DNA of 36,471 nucleotides from a virus. Its lineage: Duplodnaviria > Caudoviricetes. The stretch is from positions 1-36,471 of the IMG/VR virus record IMGVR_UViG_3300032226_000130; one strand, written 5' to 3'. The number at the start of each line of letters is the position of its first letter. The stretch's first letter is position 1. A program made the position numbers and the translations under genes. The notes under the pieces were generated by a model. The model was not told where the DNA came from and searched no databases. It saw nothing but the letters and a program-made list of their open reading frames with translations. Below are positions 1 to 8,268 of this stretch, one piece after another.

Positions 1-36
1 ACTAAAGGCTTGATGAGCAGAGGCCCGATGGCATGA
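1..36 (+). CDS. 3' end of a small virion-module protein (partial, ...TKGLMSRGPMA*)
   Basis: Frame 1 is open from the window edge to TGA at 34-36, overlapping the next ATG (ATGA coupling at 33-36). Confidence 0.6.
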   Translation, partial: TKGLMSRGPMA

Positions 37-872
37 ACTACACCCAGCTTGTCACTGAGGTAAGCAATTATTGCGAGAACTCCTTCCCAACTGACGACAT
101 GAACACGTTCATCCGTCAAGCAGAGCAGCGCATCTACAACACTGCCCAGCCTGCTAATTTGCGGAAGAACGTGACAGGCTTTCTAACAACCGGTAATAAG
201 TACCTTGAGTGTCCATCTGATTTCTTATCTGTATATAGCCTTGCCGTATACCCGTACAACACCACAACCGCCACAGGAACGGCTGGTCAAAAGACGATTG
301 TGGTTGTGAGTACGACTGGTATTGCGGTAGGCCAACAGGTAACTGGTACTGGAATTGGCACTAATGCTTTGGTTAGAAGCATATCTGGCACCACGGTCAC
401 ATTAACAGTTGTTAATGTGGGAACTGTTTCTGGCGCTGTGGTGTTTCAGGGTGACTACTTGTATTTGCTCAATAAGGACGTTAACTTTATGCGTGAAGCG
501 TATCCTTTGACAGCGCAAGTAAGTGAGCCGCGCCACTATGCTATTTTTGGACCTCGGTCTGATAATGTGAACGAGTTGACATTCATCGTTGGCCCAACAC
601 CCAGCGCGGCCTATAACGCTGAGCTTCACTACAACTACTATCCTGAGTCTATTGTGACTGCCAATACGACTTGGCTGGGTGATAACTTTGATTCTGTGTT
701 GTTGTACGGCACGATCTGTGAAGCGCTTATGTACATGAAGGGCGAAGCGGATATGGTCAATCTTGCCAATCAGCGTTATGCTCAAGCGATTGCTCTGTAT
801 AAAAACTTGTCTGACGGCAAACAACGTGCTGATGCTTATCGTGATGGTCAGGTTAGGATCTCTGTATCATGA
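33..872 (+). CDS. Head-tail adaptor / tail tubular protein A-like with an inserted Thr/Gly/Val-rich beta domain
   Basis: 279 aa; helical N-terminus (FIRQAEQRIYN), YAIF..GPTP..Y..ELHY and LLYG..EA..YMKGE motifs typical of podophage adaptors; first gene of the tail module. Confidence 0.65.
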   Translation: MNYTQLVTEVSNYCENSFPTDDMNTFIRQAEQRIYNTAQPANLRKNVTGFLTTGNKYLECPSDFLSVYSLAVYPYNTTTATGTAGQKTIVVVSTTGIAVGQQVTGTGIGTNALVRSISGTTVTLTVVNVGTVSGAVVFQGDYLYLLNKDVNFMREAYPLTAQVSEPRHYAIFGPRSDNVNELTFIVGPTPSAAYNAELHYNYYPESIVTANTTWLGDNFDSVLLYGTICEALMYMKGEADMVNLANQRYAQAIALYKNLSDGKQRADAYRDGQVRISVS

Positions 873-1285
873 GTATTGTCCAAACCCAGACCACAAGTTT
901 TAAGGCCGAGCTGTATCAGGGCGTCCATGATCTTACGACTGACGTTATCAAGATTGCCTTGTATACGGCTAGTGCTGATTTAAATGAGGCAACCACAATT
1001 TATTCATCAACGAATGAAGTTGTGGCGAGTGGATATACAGCTGGTGGGAACATATTAACGCCGGTGACTGTTAGCTCATCTGGGTATACGGCTTTTGTAG
1101 GCTTTCCAAATACGTCTTGGACGGCAACATTGACGGCCAGGTGTGCTTTGATTTACAACGTAACTCAGGGTAACAAGGCTATTGCCGTGTTGGACTTTGG
1201 ATCTGACAAAACATCGACCACAACTTTCACAATCACAATGCCGGCCAATACGGCTTCAACGGCATTAATTCGTTCTTCTAATTAA
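869..1285 (+). CDS. Tail structural protein (beta-rich)
   Basis: 138 aa; ATGA-coupled; KIALYT, GYTAGG and ALIYN..AVLDFG motifs seen in phage tail accessory proteins. Confidence 0.6.
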   Translation: MSIVQTQTTSFKAELYQGVHDLTTDVIKIALYTASADLNEATTIYSSTNEVVASGYTAGGNILTPVTVSSSGYTAFVGFPNTSWTATLTARCALIYNVTQGNKAIAVLDFGSDKTSTTTFTITMPANTASTALIRSSN

Positions 1286-1294
1286 GGAGTCAAT

Positions 1295-1873
1295 ATGACC
1301 ACAGAAAAACTCAAAGTAACCGATCACATTTCTAGCGGTTTTATTGCCGGTACTAAATCGGGCGAAGAAGCTAAAGCTACAGGTGTTTACCACATTGAGT
1401 GCCACGATAAAGATGGTAACTTGAAGTGGTCTGCTGACTCCAAGAACTTGGTGGTTAACGCTGGTCTGGCTTACATGGCCGGTACTGCTCTTACGTCAGT
1501 AACCCAGATTACCACTTGGTACATTGGCCTGTATGGTGCTGGTGCGTCTAACACCCCTGCGGCTGGCGATACGATGGCTTCCCACGCTGGCTGGACTGAG
1601 GTAATCCCTTACAGCAACGCAACCCGTGTACAAGCTACATTTGTAACAGCAACGACTGCGAATCCTTCTGTGGTGACTAATGCGGCTTCTCCAGCTACGT
1701 TTAACATCAATGCGACTTCTACTGTGGGTGGTGCGTTCCTGACAAGCGGTAGCGCTAAGAATGGCACGACTGGCACATTGTTCTCAGCGGCTGACTTTAG
1801 TGCGCCCGGTGATCGTTCGGTTGTGTCTGGCGACATTATTTCTGTAACGTACACATTCAGCCTCGCTGCTTGA
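1295..1873 (+). CDS. Tail structural protein
   Basis: 192 aa; SD AAGGAG upstream; NLVVNAG...WYIGL...GTLFSA beta-rich fold in the structural operon. Confidence 0.6.
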   Translation: MTTEKLKVTDHISSGFIAGTKSGEEAKATGVYHIECHDKDGNLKWSADSKNLVVNAGLAYMAGTALTSVTQITTWYIGLYGAGASNTPAAGDTMASHAGWTEVIPYSNATRVQATFVTATTANPSVVTNAASPATFNINATSTVGGAFLTSGSAKNGTTGTLFSAADFSAPGDRSVVSGDIISVTYTFSLAA

Positions 1874-1880
1874 GGTCTAA

Positions 1881-2663
1881 ATGGCTGAAGGCGGCTGGGG
1901 TTCTGGCACATGGGGTCAGGCTGGCTGGGGTGATTCAGTCTATGACCGGAGTGTTGCTGAAACTGCGACAGGGACAGATGCCGACTCTTCAGTTGTTAGT
2001 GTAGTTTCTGCGGTTGATGAGACTGCCACTGGTTCTGATGCTATATCAAGTTTGGTGCAAGTTAATGCGGCGGTATCAGAGACAAGTACAGGATCAGACG
2101 CAATAAGCGCTTCTGCTACTTTTGTAGCAAGCTTGAGTGAATCTAGTACAGGAAGTGACGCGATAGATGCTATCCCGACATACGGGGTGACAGTAAGCGA
2201 AAGCGCGACAGTATCAGATAGCGATGAGGCGTTTGCCAACTTCTTAGGTCAGATTCTTGAGAGTGCAACGGGTACAGATGAGACAAGTTCAGCTTTCACA
2301 TTCTTAGCGTTTATTGTTGAGAGCGTGACGGGATCGGATGCGGTATCGAGCAATTTTGCTGTTAATGCATCGGTCAGTGAAGCGGCCAGTGGAAGTGATG
2401 AGATTAGTTCTATCCCGACATACGGGGTGTCAGTCAATGAGACTGCAACAGGAACTGATGTAGCGCAGGCGTTGGCTTTGTTTAGGGCTTCGGTTGTGGA
2501 GCTGGCAACGATATCGGATTTGATAGTTGGACGACCTTTGTGGGAAATTATTGATGACACGCAGACCGCAAACTGGCAAAATATCAACAATGTGCAGTCT
2601 TCGGGCTGGACGCAGATTGACGACACTCAAAGTGCTGGGTGGACTCAAATCGACACAAATTAG
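1881..2663 (+). CDS. Fibre/whisker-like structural protein with 10 x 20-aa repeats
   Basis: 260 aa; N-terminal GWGSGTWGQAGWG, ten VxE(T/S)ATG(S/T)D repeats of 20 aa, C-terminal 11-aa Trp repeats. Confidence 0.65.
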   Translation: MAEGGWGSGTWGQAGWGDSVYDRSVAETATGTDADSSVVSVVSAVDETATGSDAISSLVQVNAAVSETSTGSDAISASATFVASLSESSTGSDAIDAIPTYGVTVSESATVSDSDEAFANFLGQILESATGTDETSSAFTFLAFIVESVTGSDAVSSNFAVNASVSEAASGSDEISSIPTYGVSVNETATGTDVAQALALFRASVVELATISDLIVGRPLWEIIDDTQTANWQNINNVQSSGWTQIDDTQSAGWTQIDTN

Positions 2664-2672
2664 GAGCATTGA

Positions 2673-5600
2673 ATGACTACAGCATATACATCACTCTTAG
2701 GTCTGGCACTGCCAGTCACGGGCGAATTGAGCGGCACATGGGGCGACACTGTAAACAACTCCATTACATCTTTGCTCGATTCTGCGGTTGCCGGTACGAC
2801 TAATGTAAGCACTGATGCAGATGTAACACTGACCACAACCACAGGCGCAGCAAACACAGCCCGTGAAGCCATCCTCTTGTTCTCAGGTGCGCGTACAGCT
2901 CTGCGTACGGTTACAGCGCCAGCCCAGTCAAAGATTTATACAGTTATCAACGCCACCACAGGCGGTTTTTCTGTTAAGTTGGTAGGTGCTGGCCCAACGA
3001 CTGGCGTGACGATTGTTGCTGGTGAGTCTGCTGTTTGTGCATGGAACGGCTCTGACTTTGTGAAGGTGAGTAATACGGGCGGCACGGCTTCGTTCACCAA
3101 CGTTACTGTTACAGGCACAACCACTTTATCTGGCCTGACTGCTTCTACAGCATTGGCACTGGATGCAAGCAAAAACGTAGTGAGCGTAACGAATACAGGT
3201 ACAGGCAACAACGTCTTGTCTGCTTCGCCTACATTGACTGGTACTGTTGGTGGCGCAAGTTTAACTTTGAGTTCATTGACTTCAGGCCGCGTAACTTACG
3301 CAGGAGCATCTGGCCTTCTTCAAGACTCTGCAAACCTGTTGTACTCTGGTACTGACCTGACTGTTTATGGTCTTACAGTAGGCCGTGGTACAAATGCAAT
3401 TGCTACCAATACAGCGCTTGGTACTAATGCCTTGTCTGGCGCTAATTCAGGCACAGGAAGAAATACTGCTATTGGGTATTTGGCTGGAGTAGCTAATACA
3501 TCAGGAAGTGGGTTGACAGCGCTTGGTGCATTTGCTTTAACATCTAATACAACGGGAGCAGGTAATACAGGTGTTGGCGGCAATGACGGGTCAATTCAAG
3601 CCGCTTTGCAATCAAACACAACTGGTGGTAATAACACTGCTGTTGGTACTGGCGCTTTGCAGGCTAACACTACCGCTTCTAATAATACTGCTGTTGGCTA
3701 CCAAGCTGGAACTAGCAATGTTACAAATACCAATGGTGTGTTTGTTGGCTATCAGGCGGGTCTTAATTCCGTTGCTGATGGGAACACCGCTGTTGGTGCG
3801 AACGCTCTAAGATCAACTACTTCAGGCTCAACAAATGGTGCGTATGGAGTTGGCGCACTTCAAGCGAATACCACAGGACAAGCCAACGTAGCTGTTGGTG
3901 GGGCCAATGCGCTAAACTCCAACACAACTGGTTCAAATAATACGGCAATCGGTTCTCAAGCATTAACCGCAAATACCACAGCATCTAACAATACTGCTGT
4001 AGGTTACCAAGCGGGGTATAGCAACACTACTGGCGACATTCAAGTTTTTGGATATCAAGCTGGTTATTCAAACACAACTGGATTTGGTATAACTGCTGTT
4101 GGATATCAAACATTAAGAGCTAACACAACGGGTACATACAATACCGCTGTTGGTCAATTGGCTATGACCGCTAATACGACAGGAGCCGAAAATACCGCAG
4201 TTGGACAAAATGCCCTTGATTCAAACACAACAGGGAATAACAATACGGCTATGGGCAAAGAAGCCCTACAAGCCAATACATCTGCAAGCAACAACACTGC
4301 CGTGGGCTACCAAGCTGGTTATTCAAACGTAACAGGTACAGACGTTTCCTACTTTGGACGTAATGCTGGATACCAAAACACAGGTAGCTACAACACTGCA
4401 CTTGGTGCGGCGGCTTTGTATTCTTCTGGTGCTGGTGGCGCTAACGTGGCTGTTGGCGCTACTGCAATGTTCTTAAATACGTCTGGCTCAAACAACGTAG
4501 CCGTTGGTCTTGATTCATTGCGTAACAACACCACAGCATCATCCAACACTGCTGTAGGTTACCAAGCGGCATACAGCAACACCACAGGGACAGAAATTGT
4601 TGCTATTGGAAACCAAGCCGGATTTAGTAGTACTACAGGTGGTGCTTTAGTATTTGTTGGTTTATCTGCTGGTTATGCAAATACTACTGGATCACATAAC
4701 ATAGGCGCAGGTAGCAGTTCATTGCGATTTAATACAACGGGTGGCTACAATATTGCAATTGGAACACAAGCATTAGGTTCCAACACCACAGCATCAAACA
4801 ACACTGCTGTGGGTTATCAGGCGCTTTATAGCAACACCACAGCAGATGCCAGCACAGCCGTTGGTTATCAAGCCGCATTTTCTCAAACCACTGGCGCTTT
4901 ATACACAACTGCTGTTGGTTATCGAGCGCTTAATTCCAATACAAGTGGAACGGTAAATAATGCGTTTGGATTTAACGCATTAAGATTACATACAACAGGA
5001 ACAGCCAATAACGGTTTTGGTTCGTATGTAATGGAAAACACTACCACTGGATCCGCTAATACTGCCTTTGGTAGCGAGGCTCTTCGTTCCAACACTACTT
5101 CATCAGAATTGACCGCTTTTGGCGCTAACGCTGGACAAGCAAACACTTCAGGTCAACAAAATTCTTATTTTGGTAGAAGCGCAGGCACAGCCGTAACTAC
5201 AGGATGGGGAAATCTTTTAGTAGGTAACAGCACTGGTAATACGTTAACCACAGGTTCTGGTAATACGTTTATTGGTGGAACTGACGGAAGGTCTTACAAC
5301 CCTTGTGGTTCAGCAATGACTACTGGCTCTAACAACGTTATCCTTGGCGGCTACACAGGCAACCAAGGTGGCGTAGACATTCGCACGTCAAGTGGCAACA
5401 TTGTATTGTCTACTGGAAGTGGAACGCCTACCCTGTATTACTTATCATCAAGTACACAGTGGAATTTTGGTAATGGCACACAGAATTCTAACGTGACCAT
5501 AACAGACCAACGAGATAATATTGGTACGCTTACGGTTTCGAATTTAAGCGGCTCTTATACAGACTATTTGATTAACGCACAAACAAGCCGTGCCGCTGGA

Positions 5601-6065
5601 ACTTCTGCTGGGTTCTTTCGTGGTTTAGCTTCGGGCGGTGGTACAACAAACATTATTATTTATAACAACGGTAACATCGTAAATACCAACAACAGTTATG
5701 GCTCTATTTCAGACATCAAGCTGAAAGAAAACATTGCGGATGCAACACCAAAACTTGCTGGTTTGATGCAAGTCAGGGTGCGTAGTTACAACCTCAAAGG
5801 CGAATACGAGCAACACAAACAACTTGGTGTTATTGCTCAAGAGTTGGAAGCTATCTTCCCCGGAATGGTTGAAGAAACAATCGACACCGAAAAAGTCACG
5901 ACAACTGATGAAGACGGAAAAGAACACGTTGAGAATGTTCCAACTGGCACAACAACCAAGTCGGTGAAGTACAGCGTGTTTGTTCCAATGCTCATCAAGG
6001 CAATGCAAGAACAACAAGCAATCATTCTCTCTCTCAAGGCACGTTTGGATGCCGCTAACCTTTAA
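2673..6065 (+). CDS. Tail fibre / receptor-binding protein with C-terminal intramolecular chaperone (peptidase S74-like)
   Basis: 1130 aa; SD AGGAG; many ~14-aa NTAVGxxALxxNTTG repeats; C-terminal SDIKLKENI...GVIAQE...LIKAMQEQQ chaperone signature. Confidence 0.85.
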   Translation: MTTAYTSLLGLALPVTGELSGTWGDTVNNSITSLLDSAVAGTTNVSTDADVTLTTTTGAANTAREAILLFSGARTALRTVTAPAQSKIYTVINATTGGFSVKLVGAGPTTGVTIVAGESAVCAWNGSDFVKVSNTGGTASFTNVTVTGTTTLSGLTASTALALDASKNVVSVTNTGTGNNVLSASPTLTGTVGGASLTLSSLTSGRVTYAGASGLLQDSANLLYSGTDLTVYGLTVGRGTNAIATNTALGTNALSGANSGTGRNTAIGYLAGVANTSGSGLTALGAFALTSNTTGAGNTGVGGNDGSIQAALQSNTTGGNNTAVGTGALQANTTASNNTAVGYQAGTSNVTNTNGVFVGYQAGLNSVADGNTAVGANALRSTTSGSTNGAYGVGALQANTTGQANVAVGGANALNSNTTGSNNTAIGSQALTANTTASNNTAVGYQAGYSNTTGDIQVFGYQAGYSNTTGFGITAVGYQTLRANTTGTYNTAVGQLAMTANTTGAENTAVGQNALDSNTTGNNNTAMGKEALQANTSASNNTAVGYQAGYSNVTGTDVSYFGRNAGYQNTGSYNTALGAAALYSSGAGGANVAVGATAMFLNTSGSNNVAVGLDSLRNNTTASSNTAVGYQAAYSNTTGTEIVAIGNQAGFSSTTGGALVFVGLSAGYANTTGSHNIGAGSSSLRFNTTGGYNIAIGTQALGSNTTASNNTAVGYQALYSNTTADASTAVGYQAAFSQTTGALYTTAVGYRALNSNTSGTVNNAFGFNALRLHTTGTANNGFGSYVMENTTTGSANTAFGSEALRSNTTSSELTAFGANAGQANTSGQQNSYFGRSAGTAVTTGWGNLLVGNSTGNTLTTGSGNTFIGGTDGRSYNPCGSAMTTGSNNVILGGYTGNQGGVDIRTSSGNIVLSTGSGTPTLYYLSSSTQWNFGNGTQNSNVTITDQRDNIGTLTVSNLSGSYTDYLINAQTSRAAGTSAGFFRGLASGGGTTNIIIYNNGNIVNTNNSYGSISDIKLKENIADATPKLAGLMQVRVRSYNLKGEYEQHKQLGVIAQELEAIFPGMVEETIDTEKVTTTDEDGKEHVENVPTGTTTKSVKYSVFVPMLIKAMQEQQAIILSLKARLDAANL

Positions 6066-6074
6066 AGGAAAATC

Positions 6075-6290
6075 ATGACTATTGAAACACCAACACCAGA
6101 GGAAATTCAGAGGCACTTTAATGCCGCAATGGACTCAGTAAACCTGATTAACGCAGGAAAGCCAGAGCGTATGTCTGACGAAGACTGGGCTGACACTGTT
6201 GAAAGAAACCGTGAGCACCTCAAGATCATGTTGGCTAAAGACTTCTGGACAACAGAAAATCTTGCACCCCTGCAAGCCGCATCAGCATAA
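6075..6290 (+). CDS. Small tail-fibre-associated protein
   Basis: 71 aa; SD AAAGGA; directly after the fibre gene. Confidence 0.7.
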   Translation: MTIETPTPEEIQRHFNAAMDSVNLINAGKPERMSDEDWADTVERNREHLKIMLAKDFWTTENLAPLQAASA

Positions 6291-6318
6291 CGGGAAGCCA
6301 CCACCCGACCTTGGTGGC
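6291..6318 (+). other. Predicted H-type RNA pseudoknot in intergenic space
   Basis: S1 CGGG(6291-94)/CCCG(6304-07); S2 GCCACCA(6297-6303)/TGGTGGC(6312-18). Confidence 0.45.
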
Positions 6319-6335
6319 ACATTTTAGGAAACATC

Positions 6336-6563
6336 ATGGGAAAAAATGAAAAGACCCCTGTGACAATCGACGGCGTTGAGCACCAGTTTGAAGACCTGAC
6401 ACCCCAGCAGCAAGTGCTACTGAACCATGTCGCAGATTTAGATCGCAAACTTGACTCAGCAAGATTTAACGTAGATCAACTCACCGTGGGCCGCAACGCC
6501 TTCTTTGAGTTACTGAAGCAAGCGTTAGCACAGCCCGCTGTGTCTGATGTAGAACCTAAGTAA
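6336..6563 (+). CDS. Small coiled-coil protein, possibly a fibre assembly factor
   Basis: 75 aa; SD AGGA; VTIDGVE..FEDLT followed by a heptad pattern. Confidence 0.7.
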   Translation: MGKNEKTPVTIDGVEHQFEDLTPQQQVLLNHVADLDRKLDSARFNVDQLTVGRNAFFELLKQALAQPAVSDVEPK

Positions 6564-6571
6564 CCTTGTTT

Positions 6572-6587
6572 GGGGGCTTCGGCCCCC
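6572..6587 (+). terminator. GC hairpin with cUUCGg tetraloop (weak terminator or mRNA stabiliser)
   Basis: GGGGGC-TTCG-GCCCCC followed by an imperfect U-tract (GCTGTTT). Confidence 0.45.
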
Positions 6588-6624
6588 GCTGTTTGGTTAC
6601 TGGAATTTGTTTTGAGTTGTACCT

Positions 6625-7125
6625 ATGATTCCAATAGACCCTATAACAGCGTTAGAAGGACTACAGACTGCAATCAGCGTAGTCAAAAAGGCAAGCAAGG
6701 TCGCAAGTGATCTGGCTGGATTAGCGCCATCCATCGCTAAGCTCTTTGATGCAAAGAGCACCGCTACTAAGGCGATGCTTCAGGCAAAGCGTACAGGTGG
6801 TAAATCAAACCTTGGCGCGGCGCTACAGATTGAGATGGCCTTGGATGAGGCCAAGCGATTTGAAGAACAGTTAAAGATGCTGTTCATGCAGGCGGGTCGC
6901 ATAGACGTATGGAATGCGACCAAGGCTCGGCAGGCTGAGATGGACAGAGATGATGCCAGAGAAATGGCAGAGCTAAAGGCTGAAGAGAAGAAGCGCAAGG
7001 AAGCCGAGCGGGAACAGATGGAGTGGGCAGTTGGGATTGTCGTGATCGTGATGCTCTTAGGTGCTGTTGGCTGGGGGCTTAACGAGATGGCTGAACTGTG
7101 CGCCAAGACAGGGTGTGGTCGGTGA
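6625..7125 (+). CDS. Coiled-coil protein with C-terminal transmembrane helix
   Basis: 166 aa; charged helix, then WAVGIVVIVMLLGAVGWGL. Confidence 0.7.
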   Translation: MIPIDPITALEGLQTAISVVKKASKVASDLAGLAPSIAKLFDAKSTATKAMLQAKRTGGKSNLGAALQIEMALDEAKRFEEQLKMLFMQAGRIDVWNATKARQAEMDRDDAREMAELKAEEKKRKEAEREQMEWAVGIVVIVMLLGAVGWGLNEMAELCAKTGCGR

Positions 7126-7271
7126 ATGAGTACCAGAAACAGTTTGACCTCTTCCTTAAAGTCTTTGTCAGGCTGTGTGTGGCGTGGTGGGTGCTTGGCC
7201 TGCTCCAGTATCTGCCTGATGAGCTTGCAGAAAAAATCGTAAATAAACTTCTTGAAATGATTGGACTTTAA
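7122..7271 (+). CDS. Small membrane protein, 49 aa (not in the ORF track)
   Basis: GTG start overlapping the previous TGA (GTGA); MNEYQKQFDLFLKVFVRLCVAWWVLGLLQYLPDELAEKIVNKLLEMIGL*; its TAA abuts the next ATG. Confidence 0.65.
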   Translation: MNEYQKQFDLFLKVFVRLCVAWWVLGLLQYLPDELAEKIVNKLLEMIGL

Positions 7272-7787
7272 ATGCTGACACTACTCTCAACACTAATCTC
7301 TTTTCTAATGGGCGGCTTGCCCAAACTTTTGGAATTTTTCCAAGACCGTGCGGATAAGAAGCACGAGCTAAACCTTGCCCAGATGCAGATACAGCGTGAG
7401 TTGGAACTACGCAAAGCAGGCTTTGAAGCACAAGAGCGTATTGAGCATATCAAGTCAGAACAGCTTGAAACAGAGAGCGCGGCTAACACCAAGCAGATTT
7501 TGATTGGCGCTCAACAGGCTGAGATGCAGGCCATCTACGCCCACGATATGAGTTTAAACGAGGGTACTAGCGAGTGGATGAAGAACCTTCGCGCCTCTGT
7601 TCGCCCAGTCATTACATACGGCTTCTTCTTCCTGTTAGTGTTTGTAGATGTAGGCTTGTTTGCCTATGGCTGGAGCCGTGGTGTGCCGTTCTCCGAGTTA
7701 GCCGAGATGCTGTGGGATCCTGAAACCCAAGCGTTGTTTGCTTCCATCATTGCTTTCCACTTTGGTGGCCGGGCGTTTGGCAAATGA
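7272..7787 (+). CDS. Holin-like membrane protein
   Basis: 171 aa; N-terminal hydrophobic helix, coiled coil, LRASVRPVITY..TM..FHFGGR motif typical of 3TM-holin-like families; precedes the lysozyme. Confidence 0.6.
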   Translation: MLTLLSTLISFLMGGLPKLLEFFQDRADKKHELNLAQMQIQRELELRKAGFEAQERIEHIKSEQLETESAANTKQILIGAQQAEMQAIYAHDMSLNEGTSEWMKNLRASVRPVITYGFFFLLVFVDVGLFAYGWSRGVPFSELAEMLWDPETQALFASIIAFHFGGRAFGK

Positions 7788-8260
7788 AAATATCAGCCAA
7801 GTGCCTGCACATGATTCGTCATCACGAGGGCGTGAGGCAGAATCCCTATAAATGCCCAGCCAAGCTCTGGACTGTGGGCGTGGGGCACGTAATGTTCCCA
7901 GAGCAGGGCAAGCTCAAGATAGACCAACGGGATGCCTTTGTGCCCCCGCCAGAGGCTATGCGTAAACACTCAATGGAGGAAGTCGATGCAATACTTAGGG
8001 CAGACCTTGCTCGGTTTGAGAAAGGCGTGGCTACTTATTGTCCTGTGCCTCTTACTCAAGGACAGTTTGACGCACTGGTATCTTTTGCTTTCAATGTAGG
8101 ACTGGGCACTCTTCAGCGCTCTACTCTGCGTCAAAAGGTACTGCGTGGTGATATGGCCGGTGCAGCAGAAGAGTTGTTGAAATATTGCATGGCGGGGGGT
8201 AAAATTCTCAAAGGGCTACAGAATCGCCGTATTGACGAGCGGGCCGTGTTTCTATCCTAG
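7784..8260 (+). CDS. Endolysin, GH24 phage lysozyme
   Basis: HEG..YKCPAKLWTVGVGH (E-x8-C-x5-T triad), QFDALVSFAFNVGLG, GLQNRRIDE. Confidence 0.92.
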   Translation: MKISAKCLHMIRHHEGVRQNPYKCPAKLWTVGVGHVMFPEQGKLKIDQRDAFVPPPEAMRKHSMEEVDAILRADLARFEKGVATYCPVPLTQGQFDALVSFAFNVGLGTLQRSTLRQKVLRGDMAGAAEELLKYCMAGGKILKGLQNRRIDERAVFLS

Positions 8261-8268
8261 GACTGCCC

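Noticed and set aside
2673-6065. Diversity-generating retroelement target in the AAC-rich fibre gene
   Set aside because: No reverse transcriptase and no TR/VR pair with adenine-specific mismatches; the repeats are protein-level.
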